Shown here one piece after another: positions 9,678-19,239 of a DNA stretch of 64,000 nt (the stretch's first letter is position 1; every line of letters starts with the position of its first letter). Origin of the DNA: Pseudomonadota bacterium (GTDB taxonomy: Bacteria > Desulfobacterota > Desulfobacteria > Desulfobacterales > JAHIVH01); the NCBI GenBank assembly GCA_018816735.1, contig JAHIVH010000107.1:2044-66043 (forward strand), written 5' to 3'. A model generated the notes under the pieces. It was not told the origin of the DNA. It saw nothing but the letters and a program-made list of their open reading frames with translations, and did no database searches. The translations under genes and the position numbers were made by a program.

Positions 9678-10775
9678 GTGCATATTATCACTGAACAAAT
9701 TAATAAATGTCTTTCAGAACGAATAAGGATGATACGCTTCCCGCTCATCGTTGGTATCGTTTTTATTCATAGTTATGGCTATCAAGCCTCCTTTAGCAAT
9801 GGTGTCCACGGCATAAAACAAATTAACCAAATTGGTCTGTTTTTACAAATTTTATTTTCTCAAGTCCTTGGGAGGATATCTTTGCCGTTGTTCTATCTTA
9901 TCTCGGGCTACCTCTTCTTTCAAAGTTTTGATGGGTCCAAGAGAGCATATTTAAGCAAAATAAAGAAAAGGGTATCGACACTGCTGGTACCCTTTTTATT
10001 TTGGAACATATTGTTACTAACAGTTATCATTCTATTACAGAATATTTCCTTTACCGAGACATTTTTCAACTCTGGTAAAAAACCTATTCTTTCGTATAGG
10101 GCAATCGAATATGTGTGTGCGATATTCGGGATAGGCAGATCTCCGATATCCTATCAGTTCTGGTTTATAAGAGACCTGATTCTCCTTATGCTCTTTTCAC
10201 CAGTTATTTTTATTCTTGCACGGCACCTTCCAAAATTGTCATTTTTTTTGCTGTTTTTGTTATGGTTCTTTAACATAAATTCCATAATCGATAATGAGGC
10301 CATATTCTTCTTTTATTCTGGCTGTGCTATCTGCACAAACGGTATTTCAACAACCCGGGTTGACAACTATCATTGGAAGCTAACGATAACATTTCTCCCT
10401 TGTGCCCTTTTTGACACCTACAACATAATGTCCCATTCTATGATACCGCCAACAGACAGTTTTTTTCACAAGATAGTTATACTTTTGGGCATTTTATGGA
10501 TATGGTCGCTGACGAGCGAATTCATTGAAACATGGACGTCAAAAAGATTGCAATCTATTTCATATATATCTTTTTTTGTATTTGCGTTTCACGAACCATT
10601 GGTAACAGTATTAAAAAAATTATCTATCATGATATTTAAACCACAAGAAACTGTTATTATAACGTTTATTTATTTTCTTGTTCCAATTTCTGCGACAATT
10701 ATTTCAATATGTGTAGGGGTGCTATTACGAAGAATGGCACCAAGCTTATACCGGACTGCAACTGGAAATAGGTAA
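9678..10775 (+). CDS. Acyltransferase family 3 membrane protein (probable polysaccharide O-acyltransferase)
   Basis: 'RFPLIVGIVFIHSY', a polytopic hydrophobic profile and 'SYQFWFIRDLIL'. The start is uncertain; an alternative ATG lies at 9729. Confidence 0.7.
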   Translation: MHIITEQINKCLSERIRMIRFPLIVGIVFIHSYGYQASFSNGVHGIKQINQIGLFLQILFSQVLGRISLPLFYLISGYLFFQSFDGSKRAYLSKIKKRVSTLLVPFLFWNILLLTVIILLQNISFTETFFNSGKKPILSYRAIEYVCAIFGIGRSPISYQFWFIRDLILLMLFSPVIFILARHLPKLSFFLLFLLWFFNINSIIDNEAIFFFYSGCAICTNGISTTRVDNYHWKLTITFLPCALFDTYNIMSHSMIPPTDSFFHKIVILLGILWIWSLTSEFIETWTSKRLQSISYISFFVFAFHEPLVTVLKKLSIMIFKPQETVIITFIYFLVPISATIISICVGVLLRRMAPSLYRTATGNR

Positions 10776-10876
10776 TTCCAAAGATGTTTTTTAATGGGGC
10801 TTAGGAAGCAAAACGATCAAATTGGCTGCTCTCTAAGCAATTATAATAAGACCTTATAGCCCCTAAGGGTTTAAAA

Positions 10877-12007
10877 GTGAATTATAAACTTCTAATAATC
10901 GGCCAGCTACCACCTCCTCATCATGGCTCGAATGTAATGACAGAAATGTTCATCAAATCACTTAAGAATTTAGGATGTAATATTACAATTGTCGAGAAAA
11001 CATTCTCTAATAAAATTGAAGAGGTACGTAAATTATCGATCTCAAAGATATTTAAAATTCCTGTAATAACTTCACGATTGATTTATTGTTTGGTTAGAAA
11101 TAAATATGATTTGTGTTTCTACTTCCTTTCTGTAAAGCCACCCTCGATTTTTGTTGACGCTTTTTTCCTTTTTATTATCATAATGTTTCGAATTAAGTAT
11201 ATTCCATATCTACACGCCAAAGGTCTTATTGACTTAAATGAAAAAATCGGCTGGCCCCTACTATCTTTAGTTAAGAAAGCAATTTCTCTTTCCTTGGGAG
11301 CGATTGTCTTAGGTGAAAGACTAAAATTGGATTTAAGCCATTTGATTCCTGATGAATATTTATTTGTGCTTCCCAATGCTATACCCGATATAAAATCAAA
11401 CAAAAGTAATATCAATTACAATAAAAGTTGTCCTATCAAAATACTGTTTTTATCGAATCTCATGCCCGAGAAAGGTCCGATGGATTTTTTACGAATGGCA
11501 AAAAAAATAAATGAGACGAATAAAAATGTTCAATTTATTTTAGCAGGACCTATTATGTGTAGCCAGTTTTATTCTCAAATGGTTAAATTCATTCAGAATG
11601 AAAATTTTAAGGACGTTATTACTTTAACTGGGCCAGTATATGGGGCAAAAAAGGAAGCCTTATTTGCAGAATGCGATATATTTGTCTTCCCCACGCATGA
11701 TGACGCCTTTGGATTGGTTAATTTAGAAGCAATGCGCGCAGGACTCCCAATTGTTTCTTCCGATGAAGGTAGTATCCCAGAAGTTGTTATTGACGGTGTT
11801 AACGGCTTTATTATCGATCCAAAAGATGTTGATATGTTAACTGATCGTGTTTTAAAGTTGGTTATAGAGCGTAAATTAAGAATTAAAATGGGGACTGCTG
11901 GCAGAGAAATTTATGAGAAGAAATTTACAATTGAATCATACCAAAAAAGATTGGAACAAGGGGTAAATTTTTTTATCAATCTCAAAAATAAATCAGATGC
12001 CTATTAA
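10877..12007 (+). CDS. Group-1 glycosyltransferase (GT4)
   Basis: GTG start. 'LAGPI', 'FVFPTHDDAFGLVNLEAMRAGLPIVSSDEGSIPEVVIDGVNGFII'. Confidence 0.85.
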   Translation: MNYKLLIIGQLPPPHHGSNVMTEMFIKSLKNLGCNITIVEKTFSNKIEEVRKLSISKIFKIPVITSRLIYCLVRNKYDLCFYFLSVKPPSIFVDAFFLFIIIMFRIKYIPYLHAKGLIDLNEKIGWPLLSLVKKAISLSLGAIVLGERLKLDLSHLIPDEYLFVLPNAIPDIKSNKSNINYNKSCPIKILFLSNLMPEKGPMDFLRMAKKINETNKNVQFILAGPIMCSQFYSQMVKFIQNENFKDVITLTGPVYGAKKEALFAECDIFVFPTHDDAFGLVNLEAMRAGLPIVSSDEGSIPEVVIDGVNGFIIDPKDVDMLTDRVLKLVIERKLRIKMGTAGREIYEKKFTIESYQKRLEQGVNFFINLKNKSDAY

Positions 12008-12420
12008 CTATCACAAAATTTTTATAAAATTTTGTCGCTTAAAACCGGTGCGAAAATCAGTGCTAAGCGGTTGCCTAATAGTGGGTGGATTTTTAACTTT
12101 TCCTAACAAGATGGCTGATGAGCATTCAGGTGAGCAAAAAGGGGTCAAAGTTAGGGGGGAATTTATATTTCATTTCCGAAATTATTGTGTAATCTACGCC
12201 AGAATTAATTTGCCATCATCTTACCGTTTACTATTAGAACCCACTATAATATGAAGACAAATCGTGCTACCTTGATTTGCATTATCTGTTCTGGCCGCAA
12301 AGATCAGATGGCTTTTCAATACCCCTTTCAAAAAAAAGGCTGGTAATGAAAAGTATAGTTGCGTCCATTCAAATTCCCAAAAAAAATAGCTGCAGTTGAA
12401 GGCATTGAATACATAACGAG

Positions 12421-13638
12421 TTGCTACTATTGCCAATCCAGAATCACCAGTCCCGTCCAAAAGAAATAAACCAATATCGCATATTCGATCCATTTTCTAA
12501 CCTATATAAAAAATGGTTCTGGGTTTATTCGATTCTATTGGTGATTTCCGTGATATGGCCGTTTGATTTTTTTAGTGAAAATCGAGTTCAATGGCTTCAG
12601 GAAACAAATGGAATTGAATTTACAGGAAATGGTATCGTGATGACTTCGGTACCTCCGTTGGACCTGTATGAAAAGCTAACCACAGGGCAGGGCCTAACAA
12701 TTGAACTATGGCTGGAAACAGCTGATATCGGTCAAAAAGGCCCGGCAAGGATTGTATCGTATTCGCTTAACCCTGGTTCAAGGAATTTTACGCTGGGTCA
12801 GGAAAAAAATGCCTTGATAGTGAGGCTTCGTACGACTGAAACAGATATGAATGGTGTGCGTCCTCATTTGGTTGTAGAAAATGTATTTAATAAAAGAAAT
12901 GATCTGCTTCACATTGTTGTTACCTATGACTGGACCAAGCAAATTGTATTTGTGAATGGCATAATGTGCATGGCCAAGTCAATTCCCGGGGGAACTTTTT
13001 CAAATTGGGACCCAACCCATTATCTAATCCTTGGAAATGAAGGTACATGTAACCGTCCCTGGCGGGGTAAATTGCGGCATATTTCCTTTTATAACAGACC
13101 TTTAGACGCTGAGGAAGTGTATTCCCTATTTCATAAAAATGAAATATCAAGGTTAAATACACTGGATAAGAGGAAGCCAAATCGAAATGGCATCATTACA
13201 GAATATCGTTTTAGTGAAGGGAACGGAAACTCGATTCATGGGGCAAAGGATTCAGAAATAGCGTTGGATTTTTTAATCCCTAAATATGCACGCCCCTATA
13301 CAGCACCTTTTTTGCGATGGCCAAGTGATAATTTGGTATACACATTAAACCATAGAGATACGTTGCTCAATGTGCTGGGATTTATTTTGTTTGGTTTTTT
13401 GGGGCATGGGATGATGAGGAACACATATTTCTTATCATGGCGGATTTCAATTTTTGTTTTGATTACAGGGATATGCTTAAGCTTTTTTTTCGAGTCTATG
13501 CAGTATTTCTCTGTAAAAAGGGACTCCTCTGCAATCGACTTTTGTGCAAATTCTATTGGGACTGTTTTGGGAATCTATATTGATTGGGCCTATATCAGAC
13601 ATGTAAAACAATTCTGGGAAAAGAATACCAATATATAG
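12421..13638 (+). CDS. Membrane-anchored LamG/concanavalin-like domain fused to a VanZ-like membrane domain
   Basis: N-terminal TM segment 'WFWVYSILLVISVIWPF'. LamG-like block 'LTIELWLETADIGQKGPARIVSYSL...NFTLGQEKNALIVRLRT...WRGKLRHISFYNRPLDAEEV'. C-terminal VanZ-like block 'LLNVLGFILFGFLGHG...ESMQYFSVKRDSSAIDFCANSIGTVLG'. The TTG start is uncertain. Confidence 0.65.
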   Translation: MLLLPIQNHQSRPKEINQYRIFDPFSNLYKKWFWVYSILLVISVIWPFDFFSENRVQWLQETNGIEFTGNGIVMTSVPPLDLYEKLTTGQGLTIELWLETADIGQKGPARIVSYSLNPGSRNFTLGQEKNALIVRLRTTETDMNGVRPHLVVENVFNKRNDLLHIVVTYDWTKQIVFVNGIMCMAKSIPGGTFSNWDPTHYLILGNEGTCNRPWRGKLRHISFYNRPLDAEEVYSLFHKNEISRLNTLDKRKPNRNGIITEYRFSEGNGNSIHGAKDSEIALDFLIPKYARPYTAPFLRWPSDNLVYTLNHRDTLLNVLGFILFGFLGHGMMRNTYFLSWRISIFVLITGICLSFFFESMQYFSVKRDSSAIDFCANSIGTVLGIYIDWAYIRHVKQFWEKNTNI

Positions 13639-13843
13639 CGAAATACGTTTCTGCCTATTTTCTTATCCTATTATAAGGAAATAGAAAGTTGATATTAGGG
13701 AAATACCTGATTGCACCTTGGTTCTGTGTGTTATATCTGTTCATTAAATATAACCCAGTGCTTAATTATTACGGAAAACGAATATTCATAATTAATCTAA
13801 TTGAATTCTCAGGTTTTTTAATGAATTGGGGTGAAGAGTTGTT

Positions 13844-15481
13844 ATGTTGTTGCTTACAGTCTTATTAGTATCCACAAGTATTACGATTGCGCTGATGCCC
13901 TTTTTTATCAGTTTGGCTTACAGACTTCAGGCTGTGGATGAGCCGAACAGCCGTAAGGTGCATAAAAGTATTATGCCCAAATGTGGTGGTATGGCTATGG
14001 CGATAGGGGCAATGACACCTATTGTACTGTGGGGTCCGATGACACCTTTTACCAAGGCTGTATTGCTTGGAGCGATTGTGATTGTAACCTTTGGTGTGAT
14101 GGACGATATTAAAGATCTCAATCCGATGATGAAATTTAGCGGTCAGATTGCCGTGGCATTGATTGCTATATTTGTGGGGGGTATTAAAATCAGTTCATTG
14201 GGCAATATATTGCCCGTGGGTGTTGTATTGCCGGATTGGCTTGCCATCCCGCTTACGATTTTTGTAATTGTTGGCGCTACGAATGCCACAAACCTGGCAG
14301 ATGGGCTGGATGGGTTAGCCGGCGGTATTTCCCTTTTAATTTTTATTTGTATCGGGTACCTGGCGTTTTGTGAAAAATATTTTCCTATTACCATTTTTTC
14401 AATCGCCATTGGTGGGGCGATTCTTGGATTCTTAAGATTTAACACATATCCCGCAAAATTATTTATGGGAGATGCTGGAAGCCAGCTACTTGGTTTTTTG
14501 GCGATTTTATTCTCCATTAACCTGACACAGAAAGTTACTCAGCTTAATGTGTTGTTGCCATTGCTGATCATGGGTTTGCCTATATTGGATACTCTGACAG
14601 TGATGATTAAACGATTGGCAAATGGTATTTCCCCTTTTGTAGCAGACAAGAATCATTTCCATCATAAACTCACGGACATGGGACTATACCATACAGAAGC
14701 GGTACTATCCATTTATGTCATTCAGTCGGTATTTATCATTTTAGCGATTACTTTACGGCATGCAAGCGAATGGCAGGCACTGGCAACTTACCTTATATAT
14801 TCAGGTTGTGTAATCAGTTTTTTTTATGTGACGTCCATCAAAAAATATCGTCTCAATCGAAACATTTTGCTGCATCCGATTAAGATGCAGCTTCGGTCTC
14901 TTAGAGATGGTGGTACAGCAATCAAATTCTCATTTAGAATTGTAGAAGTAGGTTTCCCGACATTGTTGCTTGCGAACTGTTTGCTTGCCGCTCCTCCGTC
15001 TAAAGTATATCTGTTCGTTTTTGGCGCATTGTGCATTATTATTATGTTGATGTGGAGCTTAAAGACTCCTTTTCTGGATACCATGATTCGGTTGGGATTA
15101 TATTTAATCACGCCGTTTTTGGTTTATGCCAGCGATAGGGGTATCCATGCATATATGGACTCAATATATGTTAAACTATATCATTTTTCTTATCTGATTC
15201 TTTTTTTGTTTGTAATTCTGACCCTGAATTTGACACGCAGAGCGACACGGTTTAAGAGTTCGCCAATGGATTTTCTAACAGTATTTATTATTATGTTGAT
15301 CCCAAACTTGCCCAATACGGAATTGCATGATTACTTTTTAGGTCTTGTGGCTGCAAAAACAATTGTACTTTTTTTCAGCTATGAAGTTTTAAAAGGCGAA
15401 TTGCGTTTGAAATCAAGGAATTTATCATTTATAACTGCCATGCTGATGATTCTCCTTGCGAGTGTTAAAATTATTTTATAG
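13844..15481 (+). CDS. WecA/MraY-family (GT4-type) polyprenyl-phosphate N-acetylhexosamine-1-phosphate transferase with a long C-terminal membrane extension
   Basis: 'NSRKVHKSIMPKCGGMAM', 'GVMDDIKDL', 'NATNLADGLDGLAGG' and 'FNTYPAKLFMGDAGSQLLGF'. It is 545 aa, whereas I recall typical WecA proteins being roughly 350-370 aa. Confidence 0.85.
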   Translation: MLLLTVLLVSTSITIALMPFFISLAYRLQAVDEPNSRKVHKSIMPKCGGMAMAIGAMTPIVLWGPMTPFTKAVLLGAIVIVTFGVMDDIKDLNPMMKFSGQIAVALIAIFVGGIKISSLGNILPVGVVLPDWLAIPLTIFVIVGATNATNLADGLDGLAGGISLLIFICIGYLAFCEKYFPITIFSIAIGGAILGFLRFNTYPAKLFMGDAGSQLLGFLAILFSINLTQKVTQLNVLLPLLIMGLPILDTLTVMIKRLANGISPFVADKNHFHHKLTDMGLYHTEAVLSIYVIQSVFIILAITLRHASEWQALATYLIYSGCVISFFYVTSIKKYRLNRNILLHPIKMQLRSLRDGGTAIKFSFRIVEVGFPTLLLANCLLAAPPSKVYLFVFGALCIIIMLMWSLKTPFLDTMIRLGLYLITPFLVYASDRGIHAYMDSIYVKLYHFSYLILFLFVILTLNLTRRATRFKSSPMDFLTVFIIMLIPNLPNTELHDYFLGLVAAKTIVLFFSYEVLKGELRLKSRNLSFITAMLMILLASVKIIL

Positions 15482-15548
15482 GATTTGTATTTCAAACACT
15501 GCATATTGTAATTTTAATTAAATTAACTTAAGCTGAGACATAGGACTG

Positions 15549-15577
15549 GTCGACTTAATTGGTCGGCATTTTTTTTA
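15549..15577 (+). terminator. Candidate rho-independent terminator after the WecA-like gene
   Basis: GTCGAC (15549-15554) pairs with GTCGGC (15562-15567): 5 Watson-Crick pairs plus 1 G-U, with a 7-nt loop. The stem is followed by A and then T8. The stem is short, so support is moderate. Confidence 0.45.
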
Positions 15578-15694
15578 TTAGTGAAGGCGTGTGATCATTC
15601 CTTTATAGGTTGATTATTTTTTTATTTAGAAGCTGATATCTTAAAAAGCAAACATACTTATTTGCGTATAAATCGGCATTACGAAGGAGAATAT

Positions 15695-16246
15695 ATGTTA
15701 AAAATAAAAGGATATTTTTTTATTTTTATAATAATAGCGAGTAGTGTAACTATATCATATGGCGATACATATCGAATTGGCCCTGGTGATATCCTTGAGA
15801 TATCTGTTTGGAGGGATCAAAATTTGAGTCGTGATGTTGTTGTTCCACCAGATTGTATCATCTCCTTCCCTTTAATTGGGGATGTGGATGCAACCAATAT
15901 GTCAGTACCGGAACTACGGAAAAAGCTGTCGGAGAGACTTTTAGAATACTTACCTGATGTTTCAGTTACGGTAATGTTCAAACAGATTAACAGCCTGAAT
16001 GCATATGTCATAGGCAAGGTCAGGAGTCCTGGCGTATTCCCGATAACCATGGAAACCAGTGTGATGCAGATTTTGTCCATGGCAGGGGGGCTTACTCCTT
16101 TTGCGGCTGAACGCAACATCCATATTCTTCGTCAAAAAAAGAATAATATTGAAAAAATTGATTTTGATTACAAAATGATCCTGAAAGGGAAAGACCTTAG
16201 ACAGAATATTTTATTAAAACCCGGTGACGTGATTGTTGTGCCATAA
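15695..16246 (+). CDS. Wza-family polysaccharide export protein (Poly_export + SLBB)
   Basis: Signal/TM segment, then 'YRIGPGDILEISVWRDQNLSRDVVVPPDCIISFPLIGDV' and 'LKPGDVIVVP'. ATG at 15695 follows AAGGAG. Confidence 0.85.
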   Translation: MLKIKGYFFIFIIIASSVTISYGDTYRIGPGDILEISVWRDQNLSRDVVVPPDCIISFPLIGDVDATNMSVPELRKKLSERLLEYLPDVSVTVMFKQINSLNAYVIGKVRSPGVFPITMETSVMQILSMAGGLTPFAAERNIHILRQKKNNIEKIDFDYKMILKGKDLRQNILLKPGDVIVVP

Positions 16247-16349
16247 TGGGCATAGGAATTCACAATTAGCCATTCGGTGGAGATGTAATAGAGAATGGGT
16301 TTAGGGTTGATAGGGGTTAAGGACATTGCATTACAAAACGGAGAACAGA

Positions 16350-17963
16350 ATGAGCACATATATCACAATAATGGATTTTAAAGGGATAATCCGGCGTCGT
16401 AAAGGAATTTTTTTAGTCACTTTTTTAATGATAATTTTGATAGTATCGGCGATAGCGGTTTATCTTCCACCCATTTACAGCGCTGAAGCCACAATTGTCA
16501 TTGAAAATCAGGAGATCCCGGAAGAATATGTTAAATCGACAATTACCACTTATGTAAACGAGCGGCTTCATAATATAGAACAGCGAGTCATGAGTAGAGA
16601 TAAGCTTATGGAGATTATTCATACATATGGTCTTTATCCTGAAATGGATTCAACCGCTGAAATGGTAGATAAAATGCGGAAAGCTATTCAATTACGCCCC
16701 ATTGATATCCAGATTTCGGATAAACAAAGCGGTAGGCAAATGATGATAACAACTGCATTTATTTTATCCTATGAGGGTAGTGATCCTGTATCTGTGGAAA
16801 AAGTAACAAATTTGCTTGCTGATTTGTTTATTAAGGAAGATAAACAGGCGCGAGAGCAAATGGCGGGTACCACGACGGGATTTTTTGAAAAAGAGTTGAA
16901 AGGGCTTAAGCAAGAAGTCTTACGTCATGAGAAAAAGATCAGTGAGTTTAAAATAGAAAATATCGAAAAACTGCCAGGTTCTACAACGATTAACCTTCAG
17001 GCGATATCTCGTTTAGAATTGGACCTGGACAGAATTGATACACGTGTTCAAACATTGCGGCAAAAAAAGATTTTATTTCAAGGACAAATCGCGAATACTG
17101 AAGCATTAATGCCTGTCATGACAGAGGACGGAAAGATGGCGAGCAATCCCAGCGAGCGCTTGAAATATCTACGATTACAACTAATTCGTTTGCAAGCCAG
17201 CTTATTGCCTAAGCATCCGGATATAAAGGCACTAAAAAATGAAATAGCTGAGTTGGAAGCGCAGGTTGGTGAGACGGACGCCTCAGTTGAAAAGATTAGA
17301 TTGCTTGTTTCTTTACAAAGTCAATTGGCCCAATCCCAGGCCAAGCTCGGGAAAACTCATCCGGACGTTGTGCGTTTATCAAAAGAAGTGGAAATACTAT
17401 CCAACGAAGTCGATCAACTTGGGATGGCCAAAATAATAACGCAAATTTCGGATGAAAAACCGGACAACCCGGCGTATATGAATCTCAAAACTCAAATTTT
17501 GATTACAGAGGAAGAAATTAAAGCCGCATATAGTGAGCGCAAAAAAATAGAAGAAAAATTGGAGGATTATCGGAAAAAGCTTGAAATGGTTCCGTTGGTT
17601 GAAGAGGAATATAATAAACTGACAATGGACTATGAGAATGCTAAGCACAAGTACAATGAAATTTTAAATAAATTACTCACTGCAAAAATTTCGCGGGAAA
17701 TGGATATGGGGCAGAGTGGTGAACGGTTTACGATTACCGAACAGGCTGTAATACCTGAAGCTCCAAGCAAGCCAGATCGAATTAAGATAATCCTGTTAGG
17801 TATCGTATTGGGTTTGGGAACAGGGATAGCTTTGGCTGCCCTGAAAGAGGGATTGGACCATTCAGTTAAATCAGCGGATGATATAGAAAGTATTACCGGT
17901 GTGCCGGTCATAGGGACTATTTCAATTTTCAATCCACGTATTAAAAAGGAATCCATTGGTTGA
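16350..17963 (+). CDS. Polysaccharide co-polymerase / chain-length determinant (Wzz/GumC-like)
   Basis: N-terminal TM 'IFLVTFLMIILIVSAIAVYL' and Wzz motif 'YSAEATIVI'. A long coiled-coil middle section and a C-terminal TM 'IKIILLGIVLGLGTGIALAAL'. ATG at 16350 follows GGAG. Confidence 0.85.
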   Translation: MSTYITIMDFKGIIRRRKGIFLVTFLMIILIVSAIAVYLPPIYSAEATIVIENQEIPEEYVKSTITTYVNERLHNIEQRVMSRDKLMEIIHTYGLYPEMDSTAEMVDKMRKAIQLRPIDIQISDKQSGRQMMITTAFILSYEGSDPVSVEKVTNLLADLFIKEDKQAREQMAGTTTGFFEKELKGLKQEVLRHEKKISEFKIENIEKLPGSTTINLQAISRLELDLDRIDTRVQTLRQKKILFQGQIANTEALMPVMTEDGKMASNPSERLKYLRLQLIRLQASLLPKHPDIKALKNEIAELEAQVGETDASVEKIRLLVSLQSQLAQSQAKLGKTHPDVVRLSKEVEILSNEVDQLGMAKIITQISDEKPDNPAYMNLKTQILITEEEIKAAYSERKKIEEKLEDYRKKLEMVPLVEEEYNKLTMDYENAKHKYNEILNKLLTAKISREMDMGQSGERFTITEQAVIPEAPSKPDRIKIILLGIVLGLGTGIALAALKEGLDHSVKSADDIESITGVPVIGTISIFNPRIKKESIG

Positions 17964-18036
17964 AGAAATTACTATCTATCATTTCAAAATCCTAATGAGA
18001 TAAAATTATTATTTTAAATATAACCGGTGAACTAAA

Positions 18037-18885
18037 ATGAATAAATTATTGCAGGCGATGGATAAAGTCAGAAAAAGCGAGCATGCTAGTCCGATACGTT
18101 TTGATGAACAACGAATTGAGCGTGAATTTTCAACTCTTGGAACCTTTATTGGTAAAGAATCTTCTCCTAATCGTGAAGTGCAGGTAAAGTATTCAAAAAC
18201 AAAAGTCCAGACCAATGATCCCAAAATACTAAAGAAAAACAAAATATTATCAATAAACGACGATGATAGGGAAACAACCAATCAGTTGAGATATTTACGG
18301 ACACAGGTACTGGATAAGCTTAAAGCAATAGGGGGTAATAGTCTATTGATTACCAGTGCCAACTCGTATGAAGGTAAAACGTTTACCAGCATTAATCTTG
18401 GTGTGAGCATCGCCAAAGAATTCGATAAAACGGTTTTAATTATTGATGCAGATCTCAGAAAATCATCACATAATCACTGCGTTTTTTCAAAGGATTTTTT
18501 TGATTTAGATGTAGATAAAGGGCTTGTCGATTATTTGGAAGGAAATGCTGAAATTCCGGAAATACTGATCAATCCGGGTATACCCAAATTAACATTGATT
18601 CCAAGCGGAAAACCAACTCCGAATGCAGCTGAGCTTTTGAATTCAGCAAAGATGCAGGAAATGATGGCAGAAATTAAAAAGCGATACCCGTCAGATAGGT
18701 TAATCATTGTCGATGGCCCACCTCTAATACAATACCCTGATCCCATTATTTTATCTCGCTTCGTAGATGGCGTTTTGCTCATTGTTGAAGCAGAGAAGAC
18801 ATCAAGCGAGGATTTGAGAAAAGTAATAGCCAACTTGAAGGATATCCCCATTATTGGCACTGTTTTGAATAAGAATAAAGGATAA
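18037..18885 (+). CDS. BY-kinase-like P-loop ATPase (CpsD/CapB/EpsG-type) that partners the chain-length determinant
   Basis: Walker A-like 'SANSYEGKTFTS', Walker A' 'LIIDADLRK' and Walker B 'LIIVDGPP'. No tyrosine-rich C-terminal tail is present. Confidence 0.8.
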   Translation: MNKLLQAMDKVRKSEHASPIRFDEQRIEREFSTLGTFIGKESSPNREVQVKYSKTKVQTNDPKILKKNKILSINDDDRETTNQLRYLRTQVLDKLKAIGGNSLLITSANSYEGKTFTSINLGVSIAKEFDKTVLIIDADLRKSSHNHCVFSKDFFDLDVDKGLVDYLEGNAEIPEILINPGIPKLTLIPSGKPTPNAAELLNSAKMQEMMAEIKKRYPSDRLIIVDGPPLIQYPDPIILSRFVDGVLLIVEAEKTSSEDLRKVIANLKDIPIIGTVLNKNKG

Positions 18886-19239
18886 GCCAATTTAACCCCA
18901 AAGTATTATTTTTTGTAAGGGGTTTTGGGTAATCTGGAACCCTAAAATAAGACTTTCTCTGATTGACTCACTTTCATAAGCTTACTAATCTGTTGTAAAA
19001 AATAGTTGTAAGTTGGCCTTAGCGATTACTACATGAAAAGATATTTTATTTTAGAGGGGTTGTGTAATTTCAAAAGAGTAGCTTTATTGGCGTCTTCTAA
19101 ACACCCATTGAAGAAAAATTGAAATTTATCTTGGGTTTTTATATCAATATTGACGTATTTATCTTGATGCGATATGGATGCCCTTCGCTGACTTTATACA
19201 AGGTAGTGCGAATTTATAAACGGGCAGCTTTATCTGCCG

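Noticed and set aside
11997-12493. ORFs 11997-12254 (+) and 12221-12493 (-) in the gap before the LamG-VanZ gene
   Set aside because: They overlap each other and the flanking genes, and have no RBS and no motifs. They are probably non-coding, although the true start of the LamG-VanZ gene is uncertain, so the gap is not fully resolved.
18886-18935. Possible hairpin AACCCC...GGGGTT after the BY-kinase-like gene
   Set aside because: The stem is 6 bp with a 19-nt loop and no following T-run, which is too weak to call a terminator.
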